Numbered from the stretch's first letter, positions 1-11,020 are shown. The stretch is DNA of 64,000 nucleotides from Spirochaetia bacterium (GCA_017554185.1 JAFZIU010000106.1:4338-68337); one strand, 5' to 3'. Numbers and translations: made by a program. The notes: generated by a model not told the origin, from the letters alone.

Positions 1-592
1 AGAAGCTCTCGCCTATAGTTGCACCCGGGTGGATGTCGATTCCAGTCCTGGAATGGGCCCGCTCGCTCATCATCCGTGGAATGATGGGCACGTTCTCCTT
101 ATAAAGCTCGTGTGCGATTCTATGGGTGGCAATTGCCTCAAGGAACGGATAGCTGAACACAATCTCATCTAGTGATTCTGCAGCAGGGTCCCCTTTCTTT
201 GCTGCCTCTATATCGGTGATTAAAGTGGCACGGATCTGGGGCAGTGCCTTGAAAAGGGCTTCCATGACCTGCAGGGCCCGTTTCTCGCAGCTGCATCCGT
301 CGCATCCAGTGGAAAGTGTGCAGTTGTATTTAAGGCAGTCCTTGAGGAACCGCATGAACATATAGCTCACGTATCTGAGTCTTTCATTAAGGAAGGAGAG
401 CATCTCGTTCTCCCTTATCTTGTCGTCACAGTAGCAGCCTGGGAACAGGATGGAGAGCAGGTTGTCAAGGATGTCGTAGACTCCTTTTCGGCCGGTGAAG
501 CCCAGCTCGTCATTGATCTCCACGTGGTACTTGTTCCTGATGCTTTCTTCCAGCTGTCCAGCTGTTTCTGAAATAAGTGCATTTATATCCAT
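1..592 (-). CDS. cysE: serine O-acetyltransferase, N-terminal part (5' end at 592, runs off window start)
   Basis: Reverse-strand ORF from ATG at 590-592; translation MDINALISETAGQL...IHPGATIGESF shows a SATase_N-like helical N-domain then the hexapeptide-repeat motif GIDIHPGATIGE typical of CysE; truncated by window edge so absent from ORF track. Confidence 0.7.
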   Translation of the reverse strand, partial: MDINALISETAGQLEESIRNKYHVEINDELGFTGRKGVYDILDNLLSILFPGCYCDDKIRENEMLSFLNERLRYVSYMFMRFLKDCLKYNCTLSTGCDGCSCEKRALQVMEALFKALPQIRATLITDIEAAKKGDPAAESLDEIVFSYPFLEAIATHRIAHELYKENVPIIPRMMSERAHSRTGIDIHPGATIGESF

Positions 593-758
593 GGCTTTGA
601 GAATATATCAGAATGGGGAAAATGGCAACCATTTATTTTTCTTTATATTATAATAAAATAACAAATTATTATTTTTATGCTTTTCTTTTTGCCCAAAGGG
701 GTGTATAATCTATGCATAAAAATGCACCATTGTGTGTACAACTATTTTGGGAGGAATT

Positions 759-1805
759 ATGAAAAAATTACTTATTGCAGTTCTTCTGACAGCAATGATA
801 GTTGGAAATGCTGCAGCAGTAGATGTAGACTTCTATGATCTTCCTGATGCATGGGCAGCTCAGTTTGGAAATATTGAGGACCAGCTGCGGGAAAAGATTC
901 AGGAAAAATATGGTAAATATGAGGAAGGCGAGAAGCTTAACAAAGGTATCGGAAATGCCAGCGTTCTTGCTGCCAACGGTGGTTATATGCGGACTGCAAA
1001 CGGCTACGACTGGGTTACTGTAGCACTCAGCGTAAATAGTGGTGTAGCCATGGACAGCGGATCTCTGTTTAAGTTTGACGATGAATTCATTGATGATTTT
1101 AAGGATGAAGGAGACCTGTACATGGGTGCAGGACTTCAGCTTATCACTGCATCTGTAGGCTTCAATCTGGGACATCTTCTTAAATGGGACCACGGTCTGT
1201 ATTTAACACTCAAGGGTGGTGTAAGCAAGTTCAAAACCGGTGATTTTGATTTTGATGCATACAACATGGGATTCATGGTCAACTATCAGCTGGTTGAGGC
1301 TAAGGGACTGGGAAATGGACATCTTCTTAAATGGAGAGGTCTTAATATAGGTGCAGGACTCAACTATTTCAAGTCAACATTTGAGTGGACAGTTAACAAT
1401 CTTGAGCCTATTGATGTAAATCAGGGCGGCCAGAAGTTTACTTACGACACAGACCTGGATGTTAAGTCCGAGACTTCCCGTTTCATAATTCCTGTAGAGA
1501 TTAATACTGGTATCAAGCTGACTATCTTAGAACTCTTCGGAGGACTGGGAGCTGACTTCATGTTCGGCGGTGACAACGAGGTTTCTGTCAACTCTATTGC
1601 AGAGGTTACCAAGTCAGATTCAACAGATGTAGGTCATGCACGGATGAAGATGTCTAAGGACGGCGATCTGGATACTGTAAAGTTCAGATTTACAGTAGGC
1701 CTTGGATTCTCTCTGGGCCCAGTTCGTATCGAGATTCCATACACACAGTACTTTGATGATAATTACATCGGAGCTCTCGGTATTATCGGCGGTGTAGCAT
1801 TCTGA
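759..1805 (+). CDS. outer-membrane beta-barrel protein (signal peptide, C-terminal aromatic residue)
   Basis: Start moved to ATG 759 (MKKLLIAVLLTAMIVGNAAAVD signal peptide) preceded by GGGAGG RBS and TG-TATAAT extended -10 at 702-709; alternating amphipathic beta-strand-like sequence, ends ...GGVAF. Confidence 0.6.
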   Translation: MKKLLIAVLLTAMIVGNAAAVDVDFYDLPDAWAAQFGNIEDQLREKIQEKYGKYEEGEKLNKGIGNASVLAANGGYMRTANGYDWVTVALSVNSGVAMDSGSLFKFDDEFIDDFKDEGDLYMGAGLQLITASVGFNLGHLLKWDHGLYLTLKGGVSKFKTGDFDFDAYNMGFMVNYQLVEAKGLGNGHLLKWRGLNIGAGLNYFKSTFEWTVNNLEPIDVNQGGQKFTYDTDLDVKSETSRFIIPVEINTGIKLTILELFGGLGADFMFGGDNEVSVNSIAEVTKSDSTDVGHARMKMSKDGDLDTVKFRFTVGLGFSLGPVRIEIPYTQYFDDNYIGALGIIGGVAF

Positions 1806-1806
1806 T

Positions 1807-2910
1807 ATGAAGCTTGAGAATCATATAGATTCTGAAATATTACAAAAGCGTATGTATCCCCGGGTAGAAGACATCCGGGGATGCTTTTTTCGCGATCTTA
1901 CCGCCATAATCCATTCCTATCCCTACAGGCGGCTTAAGCATAAGACACAGGTCTTCTTTGCTCCCCACAACGACCATATCTGCACCCGTATGGAGCATGT
2001 GATGCATGTGGCCACAATCTCTGTGACAATCTGCAAGGCTCTTGGGCTGGACACCGACCTTGCCTGGGCAATAAGCGTGGGGCACGACCTTGGACACACC
2101 CCCTTCGGTCACACTGGCGAAAGCATTCTTTCAAAGTATCTTGAGAAGCAGGGCGGTTTCTGCCACGAGATCTATTCCCTCCGGGTGGTGGATCACCTGA
2201 TCAACGGCGGCAAGGGAATCAACCTGACCTATGCAGTGCGGGACGGCATAATAAACCACTGCGGCGAGAAGTTCGAGCAGTATCTGGAGCCGGCTGCTGT
2301 GCCATGTGTGCCGGAAGAGGTGAAGAGCCGATCTTTCTATCCATGTACATGGGAAGGAATTGCTGTGCGTATGTCCGACAAGATTGCATACCTGGGGCGG
2401 GACCTTGAGGATGCGATGCGGATCGGTCTGGTGAAAGAGGAAGAGATTCCCGACATTGTCATAAGCACTCTTGGCGACGATAACAGCAGTATGATAAACA
2501 CTATGGTATGTGATGCGGTGAATAACGCTGAGAAGCTGGGCAGGATAGGCTTCTCCGACCCGGTTTACGAGGCTATGGTGTGCCTTAAGAAGTTCAACTA
2601 CGAGCATATCTACCAGAGCCAGGAGCTTATAAAGTATGACCAGCGTATCCATCGGCTTATCGATACACTGTGGGAATACCTTGGCGAGATATTTGACCGC
2701 TATGGCTTTGACTGCAGTCGGTATGAGGGGGAGCAGACCAATGTGGCTGACGAGTTTGCAGGGTATCTTAAGAAGATGGAGGCCTTCTACAGGACCGAGG
2801 AGGATTTCTCCTATGTCATCCCGGATTACATAGCAGGAATGACCGATAAGTTCGCCATAGATTCTGCCACCGAACTGGTCTCTCCAAGGCAGTTCAGCTA
2901 CAATATTTGA
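1807..2910 (+). CDS. HD-domain phosphohydrolase, dGTP triphosphohydrolase-like
   Basis: HD motif HVMHVATISVTICKALGLD...VGHDLGHTPFGH; size and motifs of short dGTPase-like family. Confidence 0.65.
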   Translation: MKLENHIDSEILQKRMYPRVEDIRGCFFRDLTAIIHSYPYRRLKHKTQVFFAPHNDHICTRMEHVMHVATISVTICKALGLDTDLAWAISVGHDLGHTPFGHTGESILSKYLEKQGGFCHEIYSLRVVDHLINGGKGINLTYAVRDGIINHCGEKFEQYLEPAAVPCVPEEVKSRSFYPCTWEGIAVRMSDKIAYLGRDLEDAMRIGLVKEEEIPDIVISTLGDDNSSMINTMVCDAVNNAEKLGRIGFSDPVYEAMVCLKKFNYEHIYQSQELIKYDQRIHRLIDTLWEYLGEIFDRYGFDCSRYEGEQTNVADEFAGYLKKMEAFYRTEEDFSYVIPDYIAGMTDKFAIDSATELVSPRQFSYNI

Positions 2911-2947
2911 TGTTGACAGGAATATTTCCTTACCTTATAATGAAATT

Positions 2948-3457
2948 ATGGGATTATTACCAGAAATAAAGAACAGATTCAGCGTGAGGCATTTTAAGAA
3001 TGTGCCTTTAGAGCCGGAAAAGCTAAGCCGCATACTCGAGGCTGGACGGCTGGCTCCTTCTGCTAAGAACCGCCAGCCATGGCGTTTTCTGGTTGTTGAT
3101 GACCCTGCAATAAAGAGCAGAATCGCAAGTGCCGCTTATGGCCAGCAGCATGTGCTGGATGCAGGTGCTGTAATTGTGGCCTGTTCCACCAATGTTGAGT
3201 ATGTAATGCCCAACGGCCAGCCGTCCTACCCAATCGACATAACTTTCGCAGTCTCATTCATGATGCTGCAGGCAGAGAAAGAGGGATACGGCAGCTGCAT
3301 TGTCACCATGTTCAACGAATCTTCAGTGCACGATATCCTTACTCTTCCATATTCCATGCGGGTTGTCATGATGCTGGCAGTAGGAGAGAAGGACGAGGAG
3401 CAGTCCCACACCGACCGTAAGCCCACATCCCAGGTCATCTCCTTCAATCACTGGTGA
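2948..3457 (+). CDS. nitroreductase-family NAD(P)H oxidoreductase
   Basis: 169 aa; RHFKNVPLEPEKLSRILEAGRLAPSAKNRQPWRFLVV matches nitroreductase N-terminal FMN-binding signature. Confidence 0.65.
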   Translation: MGLLPEIKNRFSVRHFKNVPLEPEKLSRILEAGRLAPSAKNRQPWRFLVVDDPAIKSRIASAAYGQQHVLDAGAVIVACSTNVEYVMPNGQPSYPIDITFAVSFMMLQAEKEGYGSCIVTMFNESSVHDILTLPYSMRVVMMLAVGEKDEEQSHTDRKPTSQVISFNHW

Positions 3458-3460
3458 TTA

Positions 3461-4315
3461 TCAGTCCAAGTAAACAGTTTTTGTAGTATCTTTGATCTCA
3501 AAGCCCAGACTTTTATACAGCTTTATCGCATTCTTGTTTCCAGAGCGGACAAAGAGGGAAGGAATCTTGTGCTCCTCCTCTATGATGAACCTGCACAGTG
3601 CAGCCACTGTGTTGAGTGCATAACCTTGGTTCCTGAAGCGTGGTACCGTGAAGACTCCTCCCACCTGTATATGGTCAAAGCCTCTGGCATTAGTGTTTGC
3701 CTTTGATACATACCTGAAGCCCCGCCTTGCATAGAAGCAGAACTCATTGGTCAGGATGGACCTGAGCCACCGGAAGGTCTCCATTGTATCCTGAGAATCG
3801 GGGTTCAGCAGCACCTCCTGCCTTTCGTAGGTTTTCTGGAGAGGGAAGAGCGGAAGAAGCTGCCGTGTTGAGCCCCTTAGTATCCGCATCTTCTGCGGGG
3901 GTGTCATCTGCGGCATCTTGAATCTGTCTGGCTCCAGCTCCATTATATAGTGCTCCACAACCTGCTGACGCTGTCCGCAGGAGAACTTATCCAGGAACAT
4001 ATCCACCGCCTCTGTTTTTCCAGACACTGAAGTAGGGAGAAATACTGTGTTTCCAGCCAGGGCCGACACATAGTTCACATCCTCCTGACGGAAGAAAAAC
4101 TGGTTGCCCATGACAGGCATTACCCTGCCGTAGTCGGTGAAGAATAGGGCTGCATCAAGAGTATTGCCGTAAGTGTGTGCAATGATAGGCTTTGAACTCT
4201 TTCTGGTCCCAGAGATCATAGGAACTGTATCAATGCAGCTTATCTCCTGGGGCTTCACCAGTGCAGTAAGCTTTTCTATGAAATCTTCAACCCTGTCTAT
4301 TTTAACCCAGCTCAT
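3461..4315 (-). CDS. GNAT-family N-acetyltransferase with N-terminal unknown domain
   Basis: C-terminal ~100 aa show GNAT motifs (QVGGVFTVPRFRNQGYALNTV...NKNAIKLYKSLGFE); 4-nt overlap with upstream GH3 gene suggests operon. Confidence 0.5.
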   Translation of the reverse strand: MSWVKIDRVEDFIEKLTALVKPQEISCIDTVPMISGTRKSSKPIIAHTYGNTLDAALFFTDYGRVMPVMGNQFFFRQEDVNYVSALAGNTVFLPTSVSGKTEAVDMFLDKFSCGQRQQVVEHYIMELEPDRFKMPQMTPPQKMRILRGSTRQLLPLFPLQKTYERQEVLLNPDSQDTMETFRWLRSILTNEFCFYARRGFRYVSKANTNARGFDHIQVGGVFTVPRFRNQGYALNTVAALCRFIIEEEHKIPSLFVRSGNKNAIKLYKSLGFEIKDTTKTVYLD

Positions 4316-5979
4316 TCTGTCTCCTTGAGAGGGATGGGGACTTTACCTGTGGGGATGTAGTCTCCTGCCATAGCGGCCAGCCCTGCAGCTATGGATGAAC
4401 TGTTCCTGCCGTACACTGCAATCCCTTTTGCCCAGGTGACATCGTTTATGAATGCCGGGGTCAGAAGGGAGAACACCACTATATCATCCTTGAAAATATA
4501 AAGGCGCGAAAGCATCTGGGCATGGGCAGGGCTTGCCACGCAGAACACCACCTTGTCGTACTTTGGAATAAGGTGTCCCAGCTCGTATGGATGCCAGCTG
4601 TCTGTGTCGTAGAAGTAGGGGACAGTCTGGTATGTGTCTGCCTTCGGATACCGTCTGAGGACTGTGGAAAGGAAATAGCGTGGGCCTACAAAAAGAACCT
4701 TCTTTCCCTCAATTGAAATGAAATCCTCATCCGCATCCCGTATGAACGAGACACTCCTGCAGCACTGGCGGTAGAAAAATCTTTCGGCCTCCCTGTCGGG
4801 GAAGAATTTTTTCACCTGTTCCATATCAGGAATCATTGCCTTTTCTCCCTGAGGCTTAAGATACTTAAGCTTAAGGGTAAGAGTCCTTAGGACACTTTCC
4901 TGCACCTGATGCCTGAAATCAGGGTCTTTCCTCATCTCCTGGACAATCAGCTGATGTGCTGTATCAAAGGTCTCTGCATCCTTGGAGACCAGCACCATGT
5001 CGGCTCCGCTTCTTATGGATTCAAGGCAGGCAAAGGCTGTATCGCGGGTATATGACCCTGCACCTGCCATAATCATGTCATCTGTAATGATAAGGCCCTG
5101 GAATCCCAGCCTGCCCCGGAGCACGGTCTTGAGCAGCACCTGGGATATGGTGGCAGGTCTGTTGCTGCCAGTAATCTTGGGATATGCCAAATGGCCGGCC
5201 ATGACAGCCGGAACACCATCTTCTATTAGAATTTTATATGGTATCAGGTCGCTCTCTTCTATCTCGCTCAAGGTGGCTTTTATTACCGGCAGTGTGCCGT
5301 GCGAATCCTTGTCGGTGCGGCCGTGCCCCGGGAAATGCTTGGCCGTTGCAATTATGCCGGCCTCTTCGGCCCCATGGTACCAGGCTTTGGCCAGTTCGGC
5401 AGTCTGGGCCGGGTCGGCGCTGAAGGCCCTGGGACCGATGACAATGTTATCTGGATTGGAATAGATATCCACAGTGGGGGCAAAGTTCATGTTTATCCCC
5501 AGCACCTTCAGCTGTCTGTTGATGTAGAGGGCCGACATAAGGGAATCGCTGAGTATGCCGGAAGCACCCAGCGACATGTTGCCTGCAGTCTCCGAGGTCT
5601 TCTCCTTTATATGCCGTACCCAGCCCCCTTCCTGGTCGGTGGCGGCAAGCAGGGGAATCCGCAGTCTGGTCTTTAAAGCCTTTTCCTGCATCATGCCGAT
5701 GTTCTCGGCAAGCTGGGGGAGGGACCCCACATTCTTTCCGAATATCTTGATTCCCCCCAGATTCCGCTCTTCTATCCATTGTATGGCAATCTCATCAGGA
5801 TCTGGGCCGGGGTAGCTTATCATAAAAAGCTGACCAGCCAGCTCCTCGTCGCTCATTGCCAGAATCAGCTTAAGAGCAAGGGAGCCCTCTTCATCCTCCT
5901 GCCAGAAATCCACATTCTGGGCAGAAAGAGAGAAGCATATAAGAAGACAGAAGAGAAAAGAGAGGAAAAGCTTTTTCAG
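4312..5979 (-). CDS. glycoside hydrolase family 3 beta-N-acetylhexosaminidase (NagZ-like) with C-terminal extension; probable non-ATG (CTG) start
   Basis: GH3 motifs incl. KHFPGHGRTDKDSH; ORF track starts at GTG 5913, but in-frame upstream LKKLFLSLFFCLLICFSLSAQN is a textbook signal peptide with GGGAGAGG SD 7 nt upstream of CTG at 5977-5979 overlapping trxB stop (CTGA). Confidence 0.6.
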   Translation of the reverse strand: MKKLFLSFLFCLLICFSLSAQNVDFWQEDEEGSLALKLILAMSDEELAGQLFMISYPGPDPDEIAIQWIEERNLGGIKIFGKNVGSLPQLAENIGMMQEKALKTRLRIPLLAATDQEGGWVRHIKEKTSETAGNMSLGASGILSDSLMSALYINRQLKVLGINMNFAPTVDIYSNPDNIVIGPRAFSADPAQTAELAKAWYHGAEEAGIIATAKHFPGHGRTDKDSHGTLPVIKATLSEIEESDLIPYKILIEDGVPAVMAGHLAYPKITGSNRPATISQVLLKTVLRGRLGFQGLIITDDMIMAGAGSYTRDTAFACLESIRSGADMVLVSKDAETFDTAHQLIVQEMRKDPDFRHQVQESVLRTLTLKLKYLKPQGEKAMIPDMEQVKKFFPDREAERFFYRQCCRSVSFIRDADEDFISIEGKKVLFVGPRYFLSTVLRRYPKADTYQTVPYFYDTDSWHPYELGHLIPKYDKVVFCVASPAHAQMLSRLYIFKDDIVVFSLLTPAFINDVTWAKGIAVYGRNSSSIAAGLAAMAGDYIPTGKVPIPLKETE

Positions 5980-6905
5980 ATGTAGGCCTCTCCCTTGAGT
6001 TCATCCACCAGAATGCCGGCATAGTGGGCTGCAACTGCGCCGTCTGAGCAGGCGGTCACCACCTGGCGGAAGGGGGAGGTGCGCACATCGCCCACAGCGA
6101 AAAGCCCCTTCAGGGAGGTCTCCATGCGGCTGTCGGTTTCAATATACCCTGCTTCGTCCATGTTGACCCCTTCTGCCAGCTGGTTCTGTGGCAGAATGCC
6201 GGTGAAGATGAACACCGCATCGGTGTCCTGCTCATATTGTATTCCATTCTCCATAAGGACCGCCGACTCCACCTTGTTTGTTCCCTTTATCTCGGTGCAT
6301 GTGGTGTTGAACCGCACCTCTATGTTCTTGTTGGACAGCACCCTGTCGGCCAGGGCTTTCTGTGCCCGGAACCTATCCTTCCGGTGTATTATTATTATCT
6401 TGTCGCTGAGGTTTGCAAGGTACAGGGCCTCGGAGCAGGCTGTGTCGCCGCCGCCGACTACAATTATTTTCTTGTCCCTGAAAAAGGCTCCGTCGCAGGC
6501 GGCACAGTAGGATACGCCCCGGCCGACAAATTCATCCTCGCCCTTAGCACCCAGCTTCCTGTGCTTGGCACCGGTGGCCAGGATTACGGTATATGCTTTG
6601 AACACACCGCTGTCGGTGGTTATTGTGAACATATCATTCTGTTTTGAAATAGACTGTACAGATGCGGCCAGGAACTTGGCACCGAACTTGTCGGCCTGGG
6701 CTTTCATCCTGCTGCAGAGCTCTGCGCCGCTTATGGGATTCTCGAAGCCGGGGTAGTTCTCCAGGTCTGTTATGTTCAGGCTCTGGCCCCCTACAGAAGC
6801 TTCCTCTATAAGCAATGTCCTAAGGTTTGCCCGGGCTCCGTACTGGGCAGCTGTAAGACCTGCCGGTCCTGCCCCTATGATGATGAGATCAAAAGATGTC
6901 TCCAT
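5976..6905 (-). CDS. trxB: thioredoxin-disulfide reductase
   Basis: FAD GxGxxG (IIGAGPAGLTAA), redox-active CAACDGAFF motif, second NAD(P) fold VVGGGDTACSEA. Confidence 0.9.
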   Translation of the reverse strand: METSFDLIIIGAGPAGLTAAQYGARANLRTLLIEEASVGGQSLNITDLENYPGFENPISGAELCSRMKAQADKFGAKFLAASVQSISKQNDMFTITTDSGVFKAYTVILATGAKHRKLGAKGEDEFVGRGVSYCAACDGAFFRDKKIIVVGGGDTACSEALYLANLSDKIIIIHRKDRFRAQKALADRVLSNKNIEVRFNTTCTEIKGTNKVESAVLMENGIQYEQDTDAVFIFTGILPQNQLAEGVNMDEAGYIETDSRMETSLKGLFAVGDVRTSPFRQVVTACSDGAVAAHYAGILVDELKGEAYI

Positions 6906-7003
6906 GTTCCCCTCCGGTTTTTATGATACCGAAATTTTCTATTGTCTGCAACCAAAATCATTAGTATTTTTTAGGTATACCGAGACAATTAAGAGGCACA
7001 AAA

Positions 7004-9580
7004 ATGAATCAGGAAAAATTTACAGTCAAGACTCAAGAAGCAATTATGGAAGCTCAGCGCCTTGTGACCAAGTACAATCACCCGGTCCTTGAGCCCGAGC
7101 ATCTCCTGCTTGCCCTCCTTACCCAGCAGGATGGCATTATTCCGCCTCTGGTGGACAAGCTGGGAGCAGGAAAAGATTTACTTATATCAGACACAGAGCG
7201 CCTTATACAGCGTCTTGCCCGTGCTTACGGCGGAGTGGCCCAGGTAAGTCTGAGCAATGCATCATATCAGATATTGAACGAGGCCGAGAAAGAGGCAGAC
7301 AACCTTAAGGATGAATACATAAGCACAGAGCATATCTTCATTGCAATTGCAATGTCAGACACTGAATGCGGCCGTATGCTCAAGGGGCATGGCATAACCA
7401 AGGATTCGATCCTCCAGACACTGGTGGCTATCCGCGGCAATCAGCGGGTGACAGACCAGAATCCGGAAGGCAAGTTCCAGACTCTGGAGAAATATTGCCG
7501 TGACCTTACCGAGCTGGCTCGTCGTGACAAGCTGGATCCTGTAATCGGAAGAGACGAGGAGATCCGCCGTGTCATGCAGGTTCTTTCAAGACGTACCAAG
7601 AACAACCCTGTGCTCATAGGAGAGCCTGGTGTAGGTAAGACCGCAGTTGTAGAGGGACTTGCCCGCCGTATTGTGGCTGGTGATGTCCCCGATTCCCTCA
7701 AGAATAAGAAGCTCTTGGCCCTTGATATGGGAGCCCTGGTGGCTGGTGCCAAGTTCAGGGGCGAGTTCGAGGAACGGCTCAAGGCTGTGCTCAAGGAAGT
7801 TACCGAGAGCAACGGCAATATCATCCTCTTTATTGATGAGCTCCATACCCTTATGGGTGCTGGTGCTGCAGAGGGGGCAATGGATGCCTCCAACTTGCTT
7901 AAGCCTGCCCTGGCTCGTGGAGAGCTCCGCTGTATCGGTGCCACCACTCTGGATGAATACCGGAAGTATGTGGAGAAGGATGCGGCCTTCGAAAGGCGGT
8001 TCCAGACTGTCTATACTAAGGAGCCTTCTGTTGAGGATACAATCGCTATTCTCCGTGGTCTTAAGGACAGATACGAGGTGCATCACGGTGTGCGGATCAA
8101 GGACGAGGCCATCATTGCATCGGCAGTACTTTCCGACCGTTACATCACATCAAGGTTCCTGCCGGACAAGGCTATCGACCTTATGGACGAGGCTGCCAGC
8201 AAGCTTAAGATGGAGATTGAAAGCCAGCCTACCGAACTGGACAAGATAGAGCGGAAGATTCTGCAGCTCAATATCGAGAAGCATGCCCTTACACGGGAGA
8301 CAGACGATGCCTCCAAGGAAAGGCTTGCCAATATTGAGAAGGAGCTGGCCGAGCTTAAGAACAAGCAGGATGCCATGAAACTCCAGTGGAAGAACGAGAA
8401 GAGCGCCATCGACGAGATCCGCGGTCTCAAGGAGAAGCTTGAGAGCCTTAAGAGCGAGGAGGCCAAGTACGAAAGGGAAGGCAACCTGGCCAAGGCCGGC
8501 GAGATAAAGTATGGCCTTATCCCTCAGATCGAGGCACAGCGGAAGGCCAAGACAGAGCAGCTCCAGAAGATCCAGGGAGAGAGCAGCATGCTCCAGGAAG
8601 AGGTTGGCGAGGAGGACATTGCCCGGGTTGTATCGGCCTGGACAGGTATTCCTGTATCCAAGATGATGGCCTCCGAGATAGAGAAATACATCAATCTTGA
8701 GTCTATCCTCAGCAAGCGTGTGGTAGGGCAGGAGAAGGCTATACAGGCTGTATCCGACGCTATCAGACGTAACAAGACAGGCCTTTCGGAAGAGGGTAAA
8801 CCTCTTGGAACCTTCATTTTCCTGGGACCTACAGGTGTTGGAAAGACAGAGCTGGCCAAGACACTGGCCGACTTCCTCTTTGATGACGAGCACGCCCTTA
8901 CCCGTATCGATATGAGCGAGTATATGGAGAAGCACACAGTCTCCAGGCTTATCGGGGCTCCTCCGGGATATGTGGGCTACGACCAGGGCGGACAGCTTAC
9001 CGAGGCAGTGCGGAGAAGGCCATACTCTGTAATTCTGTTTGACGAGATCGAGAAGGCACATCCGGATGTATTCAACATCATGCTGCAGCTTCTGGATGAC
9101 GGCCGGCTTACCGATGGACAGGGACGGGTTGTGGACTTTAAGAACACTATTATTATCATGACCAGCAATCTGGGAAGCGAGTATATCCTGCAGGTGGACG
9201 ACCCCGAGAAGGCAAGGCCGCAGGTGGATGCACTTTTACGCCAGACCTTCAAACCCGAGTTCCTGAACCGTATTGACGAGATCATCATGTTCAACAGGCT
9301 GGGCGAGGAACATATCGGCAAGATTGTGGATATCGAACTTGAACATATTGCCAACCGGCTCAAGGCACGGAAGCTTGGCATCACAGTATCCGACGCAGCA
9401 AAGAAGCTGTTTGTCAAGGAAGGTTACCAGCCGCAGTTCGGAGCAAGGCCTCTCAAGAGGACTATCCAGAACATGCTGCAGAACCAGCTGGCAAAGCACC
9501 TTCTGGCAGGGGAGTTCCCCGAGGGTTCCACTATCGCAGTGGATGCCAAGGATGGCAATTTGACTTTTGCCAAAAAGTGA
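7004..9580 (+). CDS. clpB: ATP-dependent chaperone ClpB
   Basis: 858 aa, Clp N-domain, two AAA+ modules (GEPGVGKT; GPTGVGKT), long middle coiled-coil, C-terminal D2-small domain. Confidence 0.95.
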   Translation: MNQEKFTVKTQEAIMEAQRLVTKYNHPVLEPEHLLLALLTQQDGIIPPLVDKLGAGKDLLISDTERLIQRLARAYGGVAQVSLSNASYQILNEAEKEADNLKDEYISTEHIFIAIAMSDTECGRMLKGHGITKDSILQTLVAIRGNQRVTDQNPEGKFQTLEKYCRDLTELARRDKLDPVIGRDEEIRRVMQVLSRRTKNNPVLIGEPGVGKTAVVEGLARRIVAGDVPDSLKNKKLLALDMGALVAGAKFRGEFEERLKAVLKEVTESNGNIILFIDELHTLMGAGAAEGAMDASNLLKPALARGELRCIGATTLDEYRKYVEKDAAFERRFQTVYTKEPSVEDTIAILRGLKDRYEVHHGVRIKDEAIIASAVLSDRYITSRFLPDKAIDLMDEAASKLKMEIESQPTELDKIERKILQLNIEKHALTRETDDASKERLANIEKELAELKNKQDAMKLQWKNEKSAIDEIRGLKEKLESLKSEEAKYEREGNLAKAGEIKYGLIPQIEAQRKAKTEQLQKIQGESSMLQEEVGEEDIARVVSAWTGIPVSKMMASEIEKYINLESILSKRVVGQEKAIQAVSDAIRRNKTGLSEEGKPLGTFIFLGPTGVGKTELAKTLADFLFDDEHALTRIDMSEYMEKHTVSRLIGAPPGYVGYDQGGQLTEAVRRRPYSVILFDEIEKAHPDVFNIMLQLLDDGRLTDGQGRVVDFKNTIIIMTSNLGSEYILQVDDPEKARPQVDALLRQTFKPEFLNRIDEIIMFNRLGEEHIGKIVDIELEHIANRLKARKLGITVSDAAKKLFVKEGYQPQFGARPLKRTIQNMLQNQLAKHLLAGEFPEGSTIAVDAKDGNLTFAKK

Positions 9581-9597
9581 TTTAAAATTAAATTTTA

Positions 9598-9631
9598 GGG
9601 GACTTTCTTTTTGAAAGTCCCTTTTTTTTTG
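9598..9631 (+). terminator. rho-independent terminator after clpB
   Basis: GGGACTTTC-tttt-GAAAGTCCC stem followed by T9. Confidence 0.8.
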
Positions 9632-9659
9632 CCTTTGGATTCTATATACTTAAGCCAAG

Positions 9660-11018
9660 ATGAAGAAAGAGCTTACCGAAGGCAAGATGCTTCCGATCCT
9701 GATCGCATTCTCTGTGCCGTTCCTCATATCCTGCTTCCTCCAGACCTTCTACGGTCTGGCAGACCTGTTCATAACAGGGCAGTACAACGGCGCCTCCACC
9801 ATCACTGCTGTGGCGGTTGGCAGCCAGGTGATGCATATGCTCACTGTGGTCATAGTGGGGCTTTCCATGGGTGGCACCATTGCCATAGGAAGGGCAGTGG
9901 GGGCTAAGGATTCTAAAGGCGCGGCAAAGAGTGTGGGAAACACTGCCACCATCTTTCTGGTGTTCTCGGTTCTTGCTTCGGTTATCCTTGTTTTCGCGGC
10001 AGACGGTATTATCAGACTTATCGAGACACCGCCCGAGGCAGTGAAGGAGACCCGGCAGTACCTTACCATCTGCTTTATAGGAATTCCCTTCATCACCGCA
10101 TACAATGTGATAAGCAGCATTTTCAGGGGCTTCGGTGATACCAAGACCCCCATGTACTTTGTGCTGGTGGCCGGCATTGTAAATATAGTGCTGGACTACA
10201 TACTTATCGGCCCGCTAGGGATGGGGGCTGCCGGGGCTGCCATGGCCACCGTGGCGTCCCAAGTGCTCAGCGTGCTGCTGGCCTTCATAGTGCTTAAGAA
10301 GACCGACACCGGCATCTCGGTTTCAAAGAAAGATTTTGTCATAGACAAGGCTGTCTTCTCAGCAATCCTGAAAGTGGGGGTTCCTATTGCAGTCCAGGAG
10401 GGTTTTATCCAGATATCTTTCCTAGTAATCACCGCAATCGCCAACACCCGGGGTGTCACTATAGCGGCCAGCGTAGGCATTGTGGAAAAGCTTATCTGCT
10501 TCTTCTTCCTGGTGCCCTCTGCAATGCTGTCGTCGGTGTCGGCCATCGCAGCACAGAACGCCGGGGCAGGCAAGGACAGAAGAGCAACCCAGGTGCTTGT
10601 CTACGGCATTGTGATATGCGTCTGCTTCGGGGCAATAATATTTACAATATGCCAGTTCTTTGCAGAGCCTATAGTAAGGCTTTTTGTAAAGAGCGATGAA
10701 GGGGTCGTCCACTACGGCGGCCAGTACCTGCGCTCTTATACCATAGACTGCATGCTGGCCTGCATCCACTTCTGCTTCAGCGGCTATTTCTGCGCCTACA
10801 ACAAGGCATTCTACTCATTCATACACAACGTGCTTTCTGTAATCCTGGTGCGTATTCCGGGCACCTACCTGGCAGTCATACTCTGGCCAGCAACCTTGTA
10901 CCCAATGGGACTGGCCGCCCCGGCAGGCTCCCTCCTGTCCAACATCATCTGCGTTGTATTCTTTATTCATCTGTGGCACAGCAGGAAGCTCCGTCACACT
11001 GAACTTGTTTCAGAGTGA
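9660..11018 (+). CDS. MATE-family multidrug/oligosaccharidyl-lipid exporter
   Basis: 452 aa, 12 predicted TM segments, duplicated MatE-like halves. Confidence 0.75.
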   Translation: MKKELTEGKMLPILIAFSVPFLISCFLQTFYGLADLFITGQYNGASTITAVAVGSQVMHMLTVVIVGLSMGGTIAIGRAVGAKDSKGAAKSVGNTATIFLVFSVLASVILVFAADGIIRLIETPPEAVKETRQYLTICFIGIPFITAYNVISSIFRGFGDTKTPMYFVLVAGIVNIVLDYILIGPLGMGAAGAAMATVASQVLSVLLAFIVLKKTDTGISVSKKDFVIDKAVFSAILKVGVPIAVQEGFIQISFLVITAIANTRGVTIAASVGIVEKLICFFFLVPSAMLSSVSAIAAQNAGAGKDRRATQVLVYGIVICVCFGAIIFTICQFFAEPIVRLFVKSDEGVVHYGGQYLRSYTIDCMLACIHFCFSGYFCAYNKAFYSFIHNVLSVILVRIPGTYLAVILWPATLYPMGLAAPAGSLLSNIICVVFFIHLWHSRKLRHTELVSE

Positions 11019-11020
11019 CA

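Noticed and set aside
732-758. N-terminal extension MCTTILGGI of the outer-membrane protein ORF
   Set aside because: ATG 759 gives a canonical MKKLL signal peptide with GGGAGG RBS and an extended -10 promoter upstream; the extension would start inside the promoter.
7441-9563. Multiple 80-300-aa antisense and alternate-frame ORFs inside clpB (7441-7947, 7586-8086, 8150-9061, 8977-9417, 9273-9563 and others)
   Set aside because: Entirely embedded in a high-confidence conserved gene; low-complexity Ser/Leu/Arg-rich translations typical of spurious frames in GC-balanced coding DNA.
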